Shown: one piece after another, positions 45,838-55,836 of the stretch
How positions within the stretch are numbered: position 1 is the stretch's first letter
Layout of the letters: each line of letters begins with the position of its first letter
Virus record (IMG/VR): IMGVR_UViG_3300036791_001056
Coordinates: 32,001-96,000 of that record
Source of the DNA: a virus
DNA: 64,000 bases
Strand: one strand, 5' to 3'
Translations under genes and position numbers: made by a program
The notes under the pieces: model-generated
What the model was told of the DNA's origin: nothing
The model's input: the letters and a program-made list of their open reading frames with translations, nothing else
Databases searched by the model: none

Positions 45838-46134
45838 TCACGCAGCTGCCGCGCTCACCTCACTTTCCAAGAGGGTTAGCTCTCCGCACCGGTGGCACCG
45901 CGTCGTCCACGCCTGCCACAACCGAGAGCAGCTCACGCACCACCGGCCGGTCTTGGTGCCGAGCCGGTGCGACTGAGCGCTCACGAGCCCCGTCGATGCG
46001 TGCGCTGATCGCAGCAGCCGGCTCGCGTGATTGTCCTCGAGCGTGATGGTCCCGTTGGAGCTCGACCGCAGCGTCTGCCCGTCAGCTGTGGTGAAGCCCC
46101 TGCAGCCCGGGGGCAGTGTGAACGTCTGGCTCAT
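45838..46134 (-). CDS. hypothetical protein with C-terminal Zn ribbon
   Basis: LPPGC...CVSC...CHRCG. Confidence 0.6.
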   Translation of the reverse strand: MSQTFTLPPGCRGFTTADGQTLRSSSNGTITLEDNHASRLLRSAHASTGLVSAQSHRLGTKTGRWCVSCSRLWQAWTTRCHRCGELTLLESEVSAAAA

Positions 46135-46139
46135 GCGCC

Positions 46140-46433
46140 TTACCCATCTGTAGTGATGTGATAACTGGCCACAGTCGCCGCTGAGGCCACCGCGTAGATG
46201 TCCGCACCCGCGGCACCGGGCCGGTTGTCGTAGGTGACGCTGCCGCTGGCCGGAATGAATGCACCCGTTGATGTAGTGATCCCACTCGTGGCGGTGCCGC
46301 CGGGCGGCACCGCGCCGACGAAGAACCCGGTGGCGACGGTTCCCGCCACGAGCGTCAGCCGTGACGCTCCCGGCGGCAGCGCGCACACGAACGTCGCTGT
46401 GGTGCCTACCGCGCGCTGGCCGAGCGCCAGCAT
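46140..46433 (-). CDS. small virion/decoration-like protein
   Basis: beta-rich; resembles the next two ORFs. Confidence 0.6.
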   Translation of the reverse strand: MLALGQRAVGTTATFVCALPPGASRLTLVAGTVATGFFVGAVPPGGTATSGITTSTGAFIPASGSVTYDNRPGAAGADIYAVASAATVASYHITTDG

Positions 46434-46927
46434 CAGTACGTCCCGGTGCTGACGTTCACCGATGTGCCCAGTGAGGCGTTCACCAGCGCCAACGTCTCAC
46501 CGCTGGCGTGGGCGAACCGCGTGGCGGTGGTGAATACCACAGTGGTGCCGTTGGTGACCGAGCTGACCGCCAGCGTCTCCTGTGCGTTGCCGGTGCCGAG
46601 GGCAAGCACCTGCCCGGCTGAGAACCCGCTCGTCGCCGCTGAGTTGACGGTGCCGGCGCCCGCCGCCACCGCGTTGGTGAACGTGGTTGACGTGCCGGTC
46701 GTGCCCGGGGCGCACACGGCCCAGATCGCGGCCGGCGCCTTGGCCAGGTCGATGATCTGCCCCGGGTACAGGACGAAGCCGGTCGCGAACGTCACAGCTG
46801 AGCCGCCGAGGTACACGGGCTGCGTGCCGTTGTTGGCGATGAACGCGTTGGGCGTGCCGACCACCGCCGGGTTGTAGATCTGGACCGCTGCGGCGCTGAC
46901 CGCGACGCTGACGGGCTGTGCTGCCAT
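46433..46927 (-). CDS. virion/decoration-like protein
   Basis: IANNGTQPVYLGG...TGFVL. Confidence 0.65.
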   Translation of the reverse strand: MAAQPVSVAVSAAAVQIYNPAVVGTPNAFIANNGTQPVYLGGSAVTFATGFVLYPGQIIDLAKAPAAIWAVCAPGTTGTSTTFTNAVAAGAGTVNSAATSGFSAGQVLALGTGNAQETLAVSSVTNGTTVVFTTATRFAHASGETLALVNASLGTSVNVSTGTY

Positions 46928-46985
46928 AAAGAGTCTCCTGATCGTGAGCGCGATCGGTTCCGTGAGTGATCTTAGCCGCGCTGGC

Positions 46986-47297
46986 TCAATCGATGGTCGA
47001 CCCGATGGTCGCCAGCCCGGCCACCACCGTCGCCGTGCCTGCTGTAGTGACGGCGTACAGGTTGATGGCCGTGCCCTGGAAGAGCAGCTGCTGGCTGACG
47101 AGCAGCGGGATGCCCGTCGAAGTGCTGACCGCGGTGCCGCCACCCACGTACACCGTGGCGGTTCCCAGGTTGGCCACCAGCACGTTCCGCAGTGTGCCGG
47201 TGAGCCCGCTCGCGGCGGTGTTGAAGATGGCGACGGTACCAGACGCTGTGCCCACGCTGGTGGTCTGGGTGCCCGGGCCGTTGGCGAAGATGGCCAT
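46986..47297 (-). CDS. virion/decoration-like protein
   Basis: VANLGTATVYVGG...TGIPL. Confidence 0.65.
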   Translation of the reverse strand: MAIFANGPGTQTTSVGTASGTVAIFNTAASGLTGTLRNVLVANLGTATVYVGGGTAVSTSTGIPLLVSQQLLFQGTAINLYAVTTAGTATVVAGLATIGSTID

Positions 47298-47372
47298 CTG
47301 GCCGTCCTTTCGTGATCTGATTGTGGTATAATTACTTACAAGTAGAGGAACGTGGAACGGAGGGACCAGCGA

Positions 47373-47952
47373 GTGGGCTACAGCACCGACTTCACGGGTG
47401 AGGTTACCGTCACCCCGCCCCTGTCTGCCCAAGAGGCAGACTTCCTGCAGCGGTTCGCGGTCACCCGGCACTGCAGTCATCAGCCCAGCATGTACGCGGC
47501 GGCGCCGCGCCTCAGCCGTGCTGAGATCGCAGAGCTGAGCAGGCCCGCGGTGACGCACATGACCTCAGACTGCCCAGCACCGCGCAACACCAGCTGCGGC
47601 GGCGCCAGCGCCGGGGCTCTGGTGCCAGTGGGTGCCGGGCGGCTATGACAGCGTAGATGACGTGTGGCACACGATCAAGTGGGACGGCGGCGAGAAGTTC
47701 TATGAGTACACGGAGTGGCTGAAGTTCATCATCCAGCACTTTCTCATGCCCGGCGCTCAAGCGCTCACCGGCACCGGTCCCGTGATTCCCGGCGGCGCCG
47801 CGGACTCACTCAACCCAGCCGGGCACGCATTGACCGGCGTGATCGAGTGGCAGGGTGAGGAGAGCGATGACATGGGCCGGATCGTGGTCAGGGACAACGT
47901 CGTCATGACTCAAGTCGCGGGCCGGTCATACGGAGAGATCGCTGAGGTCTAA
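47373..47952 (+). pseudogene. frameshifted phage hypothetical protein
   Basis: MGYSTDFTG...TRH in one frame; PGLWCQW...WDGGEKFY...WQGEE in the +1 frame; break between 47563 and 47610. Confidence 0.65.
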
Positions 47953-48028
47953 CTCAGCAGAACACAGCTGAGCATCAGCCGAGCCCAGCTTACCGTACCA
48001 AGGCAAAGCGTAGTCTGGCACAGCTCAG
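47951..48028. repeat. degenerate 5-bp periodic repeat tract
   Basis: AACTC AGCAG AACAC AGCTG AGCAT; followed by hairpin 48030-48059. Confidence 0.65.
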
Positions 48029-48097
48029 TGACCCGGGCAGGCGCGAGCCTGCCCGGGTCTCTCTGCTTCATAAGAAGATATGGCTGCCTCAAGAGGT

Positions 48098-48913
48098 TTA
48101 GAGACCGAGAGCGGTGTAGAGTGGAGTGATGAAGGTACCGTTATCAATGGATGCGTGAGAGATGCGGTAAACGCGGTAACCACGCGCAACTAGCTCTGTA
48201 TCACGTTCTGAGTCACGGGCAGCACACTCAACACTCTTGTGATGGGCACCATCCACCTCAATGTCAAGACGAAGTGCCGGTACATATAGGTCTATCTCCC
48301 AGTTTGACGAGGTGTCGTGCGGGATGAATGGAACATCTGCAGTAATCAAGATGATGGCCACCACTGATTCATACGTAGTCAGTGGTCGTTCTTCTAGCAT
48401 CTTGAAGCTGTTGCGCAAGTTACCGCGCATCTCACGCCATGCTTGCTTCATGGCTGTTGACCGGCGGCCGGCGTATTTTGGATCCATCGTTACACGCTGA
48501 AGACCGGCAGCATGACGTTGACGGAAATTTTCGTCTGCTGCGAACTTCTCGCGCATAATCTCAGACTGCAACTCACGGCGGCCAGGCCGATTATTGACTT
48601 CGGTGGTTGCTGCCGAACGCCGCGCCTTAGTTCCGGGCTGAGCCTCTACCTCAGCACGATGCGCCCGGTATTCTGGGTCTTCCCAGCGCGCTTGCATCGC
48701 TGCTTGCCGCCGTTGATCAGATTCAGGTGTGTGAGTTTTTTGTGCTGCTTCTGACCGTTCTTCCGCGGTCATCCGCTGCTTGCTGGCGCGAACGCCGGCG
48801 GACACCTTCTTCCGGTATTCCGGATCTTGCGCCCGCCGGCGCATCGCTTCTGCTTGTCTTTCACGCCGTTCAGGCGTCCACCCTTTACTTGCGCCTGCTG
48901 ATGATCCTGGCAT
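48098..48913 (-). CDS. free-standing DUF559/Vsr-like endonuclease
   Basis: IDLY...IEVDGAHH...RDSERD...GYRVYR; basic helical repeats at the N-terminus. Confidence 0.85.
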   Translation of the reverse strand: MPGSSAGASKGWTPERRERQAEAMRRRAQDPEYRKKVSAGVRASKQRMTAEERSEAAQKTHTPESDQRRQAAMQARWEDPEYRAHRAEVEAQPGTKARRSAATTEVNNRPGRRELQSEIMREKFAADENFRQRHAAGLQRVTMDPKYAGRRSTAMKQAWREMRGNLRNSFKMLEERPLTTYESVVAIILITADVPFIPHDTSSNWEIDLYVPALRLDIEVDGAHHKSVECAARDSERDTELVARGYRVYRISHASIDNGTFITPLYTALGL

Positions 48914-48942
48914 AACACCAGTATATCATAAGCTACAAGTTT

Positions 48943-49986
48943 TTAAGAAAATGGTGTTGTGTCTGACACCTGCAGCCCCTGGATGATGCCCGAGTAGAAC
49001 GGCGCGTATGCGACCAGCGCACCGTACATGAACAGGCTGTACCGGAAGCTCGCGTCGATGACCGGCCAGGCGATGGACACATAGTCCTGCACCATGGTCA
49101 TCTCCCAGGCGTTGGCCACGTTCGTCCACGTCTGGGGGAGCTGGTACGTCATCAGGATCGCGGTGCCCTGGGTCAGCCAGGGGTGCACCACGAGCTTCAG
49201 GATGCTGCGGGTGATCGGGTTCTGGAACTCGGACACCGCGGCGCCGACGCGCACGCCGGAGACGTCGGGCTGGTCCAGGAACAGCCGGTAGTTGGTAGCA
49301 GCGCCCTGGCTGATGACGTCCGTCGAGAGCCGCATGATGTCGCCGCCGTCGCCCACGAGCTCGCCCGGGTCAGCGCGGAACGCGCCCGGGTTCGTGAGGT
49401 TGGACTCCCACAGGGCGTCCAGCGCGGTGTAGATGGTGTTGTAGGAGAGGTGGGTGCCGGCGGACGGCTGGTAGTAGCCGCCCTGCCAGCCGGCCGGGTA
49501 CACCGTGGAGTTGGCGGACTTACCGGTCAGGACCGGGATCAGCCCCTCCATCCGGGTGTTGGCACCGGTGGTGGAGTCGGTGGTGGGTGGGTGAGTGGCG
49601 GGCGCCGCGAGCGTCAGCGGACCCTGGACGGTGAACCGCTGGCCGCCGACGCCCGTTGCGACCTTCCACAGCTGGCCGTTGGTCGGCGTCGCGGAGTTCT
49701 CCGAGACGTAGATGTTGTACTGCTGGGCGCCCGCGACCGGGACGATTGTGACGTCCACGACGTTGGTGGTCCCGACGGTCGTGATGTCCGAGGACACCGC
49801 GGAGGCGACGGTCTCACCGTAGTAGTTGGTAGCGGTGACGGCGACCACGAAGTGCGACGGCGAGCCGCCGATCACGGTCTCGTTGGAGCCCGCCGCGCGG
49901 AGGGTAGTGGTCGGAGCAGCCGGTGTCTGCAGCGTGGCGGATGAGCCCGCCAGCATCTGGTACTCCTCCCCCATCATCATTTCTTG
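48943..49986 (-). CDS. major capsid protein, exon 2
   Basis: begins CAA GAA ATG after the intron; includes an FN3-like segment. Confidence 0.8.
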   Translation of the reverse strand, partial: QEMMMGEEYQMLAGSSATLQTPAAPTTTLRAAGSNETVIGGSPSHFVVAVTATNYYGETVASAVSSDITTVGTTNVVDVTIVPVAGAQQYNIYVSENSATPTNGQLWKVATGVGGQRFTVQGPLTLAAPATHPPTTDSTTGANTRMEGLIPVLTGKSANSTVYPAGWQGGYYQPSAGTHLSYNTIYTALDALWESNLTNPGAFRADPGELVGDGGDIMRLSTDVISQGAATNYRLFLDQPDVSGVRVGAAVSEFQNPITRSILKLVVHPWLTQGTAILMTYQLPQTWTNVANAWEMTMVQDYVSIAWPVIDASFRYSLFMYGALVAYAPFYSGIIQGLQVSDTTPFS

Positions 49987-50971
49987 CGTTATTTGTTACC
50001 GCCGGGAGAGAGGCGGGACACGTCATTTCTGCATGTCTCTGCAGCTTTACCATCGACTGCAGACCGGACTATATCATCACCTGCTGCGTCTGATGCGCAT
50101 TAGCTCGTTAAGCGCTTGAATCTGCGTTCCCTCGTTAAACACCGGTGACTGCTCACGCGGCAGCATCAACGATGATACACACTGATCAGCGTCATCAGCG
50201 ATGGATTGGTACCGGAATCTTACCACGTGATAACCAGCAACTTCAATGTCACACTGCCTGATTTTATCGCGCTCCGGACTATATCTCATGTTGTGAGACA
50301 CACCATCAGCTTCTATTACCAGCAAATGCTGAGCCAGCAAGATGTCTACGATGTACGTTCCATCCAAGACAACTGCCGGTGCTTCAAACGACAGTGAAGC
50401 TCGCTTAAGAGCTTCACGCAGCTCAACTTCAGCGGCAGGCACCTTGTCACCGCGCTCCCGTGCAGTGGCAATACGCCTAAGCCACGCTTCACGCTGCCGT
50501 TGTCGATGACCAGGACGATCCCAGTGATACAGTGGCTTTTCTGGGTCAGCCCAAATCCGCTGTACCATCTTAGACTGCTGCTCACGCCGTTCGGTGTTTT
50601 CCCACGTCTGACGTGTTACTGTGCGTGCCTTTTCGTGATTTTCCGGGTTAGCCCACCGATTCTCTCGGCCGACTCTTCCAGGATCGCGAACTACGACACC
50701 AGCATCAGCTAGCATCTTTCGCACTATCCGGTACTTTATACCGTACATAGCAGCAAGCTTGGTCACGCTACCGGCAGCTTCATAATCACGCTGAAGCTGA
50801 TTAACTGCTTGCAGGGCCTCGCGTGTAGTCTCTACGGAGTCCCCAGGCTCAGGGGTTCCCTCGGTGTTGTCCATGCAGTCATTCTAACACAAAGAATGAT
50901 GATCGGAGGATGTTCACCGATACAGCGAGGTTATTCGACGCGGGTCACCCCGCGAAGCCTCCAAGAATTTA
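49987..50971 (-). mobile_element. group I intron (985 nt) in the major capsid gene
   Basis: P1 CCTT/GAGG with U-G, P10 CAAGAA/TTCTTG, P CTCGCTGTATCGGTGAA, Q ACACCGAGGGAA, R GTAGAGACTACACGCGAGG, S GATATAGTCC, terminal G. Confidence 0.93.
50077..50874 (-). CDS. intron-encoded DUF559/Vsr-like homing endonuclease
   Basis: YIVDILL...IEADGVSH...RDKIR...GYHVVRF. Confidence 0.85.
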   Translation of the reverse strand: MDNTEGTPEPGDSVETTREALQAVNQLQRDYEAAGSVTKLAAMYGIKYRIVRKMLADAGVVVRDPGRVGRENRWANPENHEKARTVTRQTWENTERREQQSKMVQRIWADPEKPLYHWDRPGHRQRQREAWLRRIATARERGDKVPAAEVELREALKRASLSFEAPAVVLDGTYIVDILLAQHLLVIEADGVSHNMRYSPERDKIRQCDIEVAGYHVVRFRYQSIADDADQCVSSLMLPREQSPVFNEGTQIQALNELMRIRRSR

Positions 50972-51772
50972 AAGGAGAATGAGTGATGCGAGAGCAGAGA
51001 CGTCCTCGAAGCCCTGGCCAGCGAACTGGCTCAGCCACGAGAGCGCCTCAGTGAGGCCGAAGAAGCGGTACGGCACCGCGATGTCGACCTCGGTCTGCGA
51101 TCCCGAGCCCGGCAGGTTCATCGGCCAGTTGGTCCCGGACATGGTGCTGGAAGACGTCACCAACTCGGGAATCGAGATGTCGATGACGCCCTGCCCGCCG
51201 GTCTGCGAGCCACTGACGCCGGTGAAGATCTTCGCCTGCCGCATGGTGCCCTGGCCAGCTGGCCGAGGGAACTTATTGCGAAAAACGGTATAAACAGGAT
51301 AAATCAGACGCGAAGGCGCAACCAGGTCAAACGGGACCAGCCCGTTCACGGTCCCGATGCCCAGGTTGCCCGCGGTGAAGCTCCTGACCAGGTCAGGAGT
51401 GACGCCGGGCAGTGAGGCGATGAGCTTCTGGATCGCCTCGGCAGGTGACGGCGTGCTCAGCGCGGTCTGCAGGAAGCCGCGCTGGCTGAGGAAGTCCGGG
51501 CTCATGCCCTTGACCACCGCTGGGCGGTCGGTCATGCCCTGGTAAACGGCGCTGCGCAGCTCGAGCGCTGCCTGCGCGGACTTCATCATGATCTGGCTGG
51601 GGTCAGTCAGCGGGGTGTTGATGCCCTCAGCGTAGGTGCAGCCCTTGACGAGGTTGGGCATGCGGGCCTTGATGACGTCGCCCGCCCTGCTAGCGTGCGC
51701 GGCGTCGGCCTGTGCCTCCCTCGCCGGCATGGTGAGGTCGAGCCCCGGGCTCGCCTCGAGAGTTGCCGCCAT
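50972..51772 (-). CDS. major capsid protein, exon 1
   Basis: follows the protease-scaffold gene; splices in frame to 614 aa (...LILL|QEMMM...). Confidence 0.8.
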
Positions 51773-51847
51773 AGCGGTCCCTTCGGTTCTCAGCGCGGAG
51801 CGCTGTGCTGCTTGTGTGAGTCATGAGAGGTGACGGTTCCTTCGGTA

Positions 51848-54800
51848 TCAACTGATTCCGCGGATCTTGAGGATCTCGCGCCAGGCAGCTTCCCGCTGCG
51901 CTGGGTATGGAGTGGTGCGCCAGTCGTGCTCCAACTCCATCAACCTCATGGCTTGAATGCGCTCCGCGCTCTCTGCCATGGTCGGCGCCGCCGGCGCCGA
52001 GGTCTGCATCTTCTGGATGGGCGCAGCGAGAGCCGCGCCCCGGTATGCGAACACAGCCGGGTCAGGCTGCGCGCTCAGCTGGCTGAGCGTCTTCGCCTGC
52101 TTCTTCAGCAGCTTGGCCTGCCGCCGCACGGTCGCCTGCAGCTCGGTGAGCTGCTCGGTAATGACGTCCGGTGCCGCCGCGGTGAGCTCTACACTCTTAG
52201 TCACCAGCTCACCGGTAACCTGCTCACCCTTGGTGAGCTGGCGCGGCACCGCCGGCATCTTCATGGTCTCCGGCGCCGCGTCGGGCTCCTTCTTGGCGCC
52301 CTCACCGTGCATGGGACAGATGTCAGGGAACGTTTGCTGGATGTGATCGTGGATCGCCTGCATCGCGGTGCGAGTGGTCTCGCGGCCCGCGTGAGAGTAG
52401 AACGTCCGGCCGGCCTTGGCGGCGACCACGTCGCTGATGGCCTTGCTCACCGCTGCTGACGCGCTGGGAACGCCGTTCGGAGTCCCGCTCCCCGGGCTCA
52501 TCGCGGCGTGGCCATCGCTGAGGAACGGGCGCTTGAACTGCGCCGCCTCGATCTCGCCCGAGGTGATCGGCGTCTGGTTCGGGCTTCCGTAAGCCGGAGA
52601 CGGCGCTGCGTGACCCGCGCTGATGTACGGCCGCTGGAATTGACCTGGCTGGCAAGCAGCGGGCGTCGGAGCAGTTCCCGGGCCCGGATTCGCGTCACCG
52701 AACGCCTTGTGCAGCTCCTCGTGCGCCTCCCACACGTCAGCGGGCACCGCGTGCTTCAGCGTGCTGGCGTGGTGACCGAGCTGCGCCGCGCGCGCTGCCT
52801 CGTGGTACGGCAGCGACGTGGCCATGTCCAGCGACTTGACCTGCCACTCCACCTCATTGATCTCAGCCGCGAGGCTGCGGTCCGGGTAGCACTTAACGAT
52901 CATCTCCGGGCTGAACGCGGCGCACGTCATGTCGTGCAAGACGCCCATCGTCATGGGAACGCCTGACTTGACGATGCGCGCCAGCGCCAGCGCCCCCGAC
53001 TCGCTCTTCAGCGCCGGCGCCTCCAGCGGTCCGGGTGCCTCATGGTCATCGTCCTGCATGTGCGCGTCATCCTCGAGCGCCTCAACCGCAGCGCCGTCGG
53101 GCTCGCGGTGCGCGGGAGCCTCCTCGGTGTGCATGCCCCGGGCGCTCGCCGCCTCAGCGGGCGACTCACTCTTCTCGATGAGCTCAGCGCTCACCTCAGC
53201 GCTCTCGCTCTTCTTGACGCCCGTCTTATCAGGCGTCTCGCCCACGCTGCCGCCGGCCGGAGCGCCGCAGCCGGGACAGAACCGGCTCTTACCCTTCATC
53301 GCGCCGCCGCACTTACCGCACGTGACCTTGCCCTTCAGCGCCTCAGCTGCCACGCTCTTCCTCACCCGCGTGCCGGACCCGCCGCAGTCCGGGCACTTCC
53401 GGTTACCGCCCATGATCTTACCGGCGCCTCTGCACGTCTTGCACTTCTTCCCGGCAGGCTTGAACGCCTTCTCAGCCGAGTCATCACTCACGCGGCGCGC
53501 CACGGCGCCGTCTCCGTCACCGTCCGCGTCGAAGAGCCCATCACCGTCGTGATCAGCGTCACCGCTGCCCTCCACCACGATCTTGGTCTCCTTCTCGCCC
53601 TTCTCAACCGGATCGCCAGCAGTTGCCGTGCTCTCAGCCTTCTCAGCCGAGTCATCAGCATCGCTGTCATCACTGCGATCAGCCACGCCGTTCACGTTGC
53701 CCGTGCCGCTGCAGTCCGGGCACTTCATGTGACCGTCACGGATCTTCCCGCCACCGTGGCACGTAGTGCACGTGCCGCCGATCTTCAGGACCTCAGCCTC
53801 ATCTGCCGTCTTAGCGGTGTCCGGTAGTGCTGCCACGAACTCGGGCCCCTTCTCGTGGGCGATGCGCTTAATGTTGGCCTGCAGCTGCTCGGTGGAGTAG
53901 TTGTCATCACCGGCGCGCCCCACCGACTGCCACGCGTCAGAGACGTCGCCCGGGCTGGTGATCGGGAATGACCGGTTGCGGCCGGCAAACGCCGAGCTGG
54001 GCAAGGTGGCGCGATCCACGCCGCCAGGATGCGTGTCCTCACCCACGTTGCCGGACTTGCGCTTGCCAATGATCCGCGCCAAGTCAGCCGGCGTGACGGC
54101 CACACTCACGTCCTCCGGCAGCTCGAGCGTCACCATCTTTTCTGCCACTGCTGCCGTCACACCGGCTCCTTTCCTCGTATAATCAGGCTTTGGGACGGCT
54201 CCCATGCCGTGAGTGTGGGCTAGCCCCCAGTCAACCAGCACACCGTCCCGCGTGACCGGCCGCAGCTGATGGTTCGTTACGGCCTCTTCTTGAGCGCGAT
54301 GCATCTCTTCGTGCATGGCTACGAGCTCATCTTTGCCAGACTTCTTCTTACCAGTCCTCCGGCCAATGCCCGGCAGCCCGGAGTGGTACGAGTCCATGTG
54401 AGCCCGGAGAGCACCGGCGCTCATCCGGTCAGCCGTCGGGTGATCATTCGGGATCGCGTCTCCGCCGATCTTCAGCCAGCCGTGCCGGAATGTGTCAGGA
54501 GTACCAGGAATGTGATGATCGTGGATGCTGTCCTTGGTAAGCACGCCGGTGCTGATCATCTTCTGGATGAACTCATCATTGCCCGTGATCTCACCGCTCA
54601 GCTCAGGTGACCCGTCCTTGGCCGCCTTCACGAGCTGAATGGCGCAGTTCTTGTTCGCGGGCCGGTCCACCAGGCTGATCTCCACGACCTGCCCGCCCTT
54701 GATGAGCCCGCCCCGGGCGCGCCCGTCGCGGACGATCTGCGGCCGCGCGATCCCGACCGAGTAGGCGCGCAGCGCTCCACCGAGGACCAGCTTCTGCGCG

Positions 54801-55102
54801 ATGGGCTCGATAATCTTGGACTTGACCCACGTGCCGCCGTCGCCGTCCACGTCCATGTCCACGCCGACGCCCGCCGGGTCCCGCTGGGCGTTGTGCTGCA
54901 CCCGGACGTTCGCCCCGTCGTTGAGCCAGTCGCGGATCGCCTTGGCCGCGAAGTCCGGGTCGATGATCTGCTCATCGCTGTCGAGCGCCCCGTCACTGGC
55001 CTTGCCGTACACGAGGACGTTGCCGTCGGCGTCCGTCTCAGCCTTGGCGATCGGGAAGCTGATGAACGTGAGCTCGCCGTCCGCTGTCAGGGTGGCTGCC
55101 AT
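51848..55102 (-). CDS. prohead protease-scaffold polyprotein
   Basis: VRVQH, AYSVG, EISLVDRPAN; CxxCxGxG fingers; C-terminal coiled coil. Confidence 0.88.
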   Translation of the reverse strand: MAATLTADGELTFISFPIAKAETDADGNVLVYGKASDGALDSDEQIIDPDFAAKAIRDWLNDGANVRVQHNAQRDPAGVGVDMDVDGDGGTWVKSKIIEPIAQKLVLGGALRAYSVGIARPQIVRDGRARGGLIKGGQVVEISLVDRPANKNCAIQLVKAAKDGSPELSGEITGNDEFIQKMISTGVLTKDSIHDHHIPGTPDTFRHGWLKIGGDAIPNDHPTADRMSAGALRAHMDSYHSGLPGIGRRTGKKKSGKDELVAMHEEMHRAQEEAVTNHQLRPVTRDGVLVDWGLAHTHGMGAVPKPDYTRKGAGVTAAVAEKMVTLELPEDVSVAVTPADLARIIGKRKSGNVGEDTHPGGVDRATLPSSAFAGRNRSFPITSPGDVSDAWQSVGRAGDDNYSTEQLQANIKRIAHEKGPEFVAALPDTAKTADEAEVLKIGGTCTTCHGGGKIRDGHMKCPDCSGTGNVNGVADRSDDSDADDSAEKAESTATAGDPVEKGEKETKIVVEGSGDADHDGDGLFDADGDGDGAVARRVSDDSAEKAFKPAGKKCKTCRGAGKIMGGNRKCPDCGGSGTRVRKSVAAEALKGKVTCGKCGGAMKGKSRFCPGCGAPAGGSVGETPDKTGVKKSESAEVSAELIEKSESPAEAASARGMHTEEAPAHREPDGAAVEALEDDAHMQDDDHEAPGPLEAPALKSESGALALARIVKSGVPMTMGVLHDMTCAAFSPEMIVKCYPDRSLAAEINEVEWQVKSLDMATSLPYHEAARAAQLGHHASTLKHAVPADVWEAHEELHKAFGDANPGPGTAPTPAACQPGQFQRPYISAGHAAPSPAYGSPNQTPITSGEIEAAQFKRPFLSDGHAAMSPGSGTPNGVPSASAAVSKAISDVVAAKAGRTFYSHAGRETTRTAMQAIHDHIQQTFPDICPMHGEGAKKEPDAAPETMKMPAVPRQLTKGEQVTGELVTKSVELTAAAPDVITEQLTELQATVRRQAKLLKKQAKTLSQLSAQPDPAVFAYRGAALAAPIQKMQTSAPAAPTMAESAERIQAMRLMELEHDWRTTPYPAQREAAWREILKIRGIS

Positions 55103-55104
55103 AG

Positions 55105-55464
55105 GTGTCCTCTGGTATAGTTTGGCTGGTGAGTTCTAAGTCAGCGCACCGGAAGAGACGTCACCAGCACAAGAAGCGCATAGCTCAAGTGATCACTGAT
55201 CACGCTCCCACGCTGCCTATGGACGTGATGCGCAGGCGCAGCAGCGCTGAGCGCGCCCCAGCGCTGCTGCAGCAGCTCGCTGACGTCATGAACGCGTGTG
55301 AAGCGTCCGGTGTGCTGATCAAGCCCGCCCATGGGGCCATCCTCACCCAGTTTGGCTATCTATTCTGGCTGCAGCACGATCACGTAGGCGACGGCGGGAG
55401 CTGGCAGGTGCGCACCCGCCGGCTGACTGAGCTGGCACTGCCTGATGATGACGATCTTACTTAA
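55105..55464 (+). CDS. hypothetical protein (antisense island)
   Basis: fills the gap between - strand genes; TGGTATAGT near the 5' end. Confidence 0.5.
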   Translation: MSSGIVWLVSSKSAHRKRRHQHKKRIAQVITDHAPTLPMDVMRRRSSAERAPALLQQLADVMNACEASGVLIKPAHGAILTQFGYLFWLQHDHVGDGGSWQVRTRRLTELALPDDDDLT

Positions 55465-55467
55465 AAC

Positions 55468-55836
55468 TCACCCAGCGTGCTGAGCGCGCAGTGACTCCCA
55501 CTCACCTACGGCCTTGGCCGCTGCGGCGCGAACCTCGGGCGTGACCTTGCCCCGCCCGCTAGCCCAGCGCTTCACCGATCCTACAGCGGTGGCAATGGCC
55601 TGTGACTCGCTCATCCCGCCTCGGATGAGCGCGTGAGCGATGTTCTGAATGTAAGCGGGCAGCTGGTCAGACTTACTGCCCCAGAGCCCGTGCGTGCCGA
55701 GCGGGCGGTGCGTGGTGCTGAGCTCGGGCGTCTCGGCTGACTTAACGACGGCGCCCTCATCTGGCCACTCAGATGTGGTCAAGATCTCACCCGGGTCATC
55801 TGAGTACGGGTTGCCGGGCGCGTCGCGGGTGGTCAC
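55468..55836 (-). CDS. head-region hypothetical protein
   Basis: LPAYIQNIAHAL...SQAIATAV; GTGA coupling. Confidence 0.7.
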   Translation of the reverse strand: MTTRDAPGNPYSDDPGEILTTSEWPDEGAVVKSAETPELSTTHRPLGTHGLWGSKSDQLPAYIQNIAHALIRGGMSESQAIATAVGSVKRWASGRGKVTPEVRAAAAKAVGEWESLRAQHAG

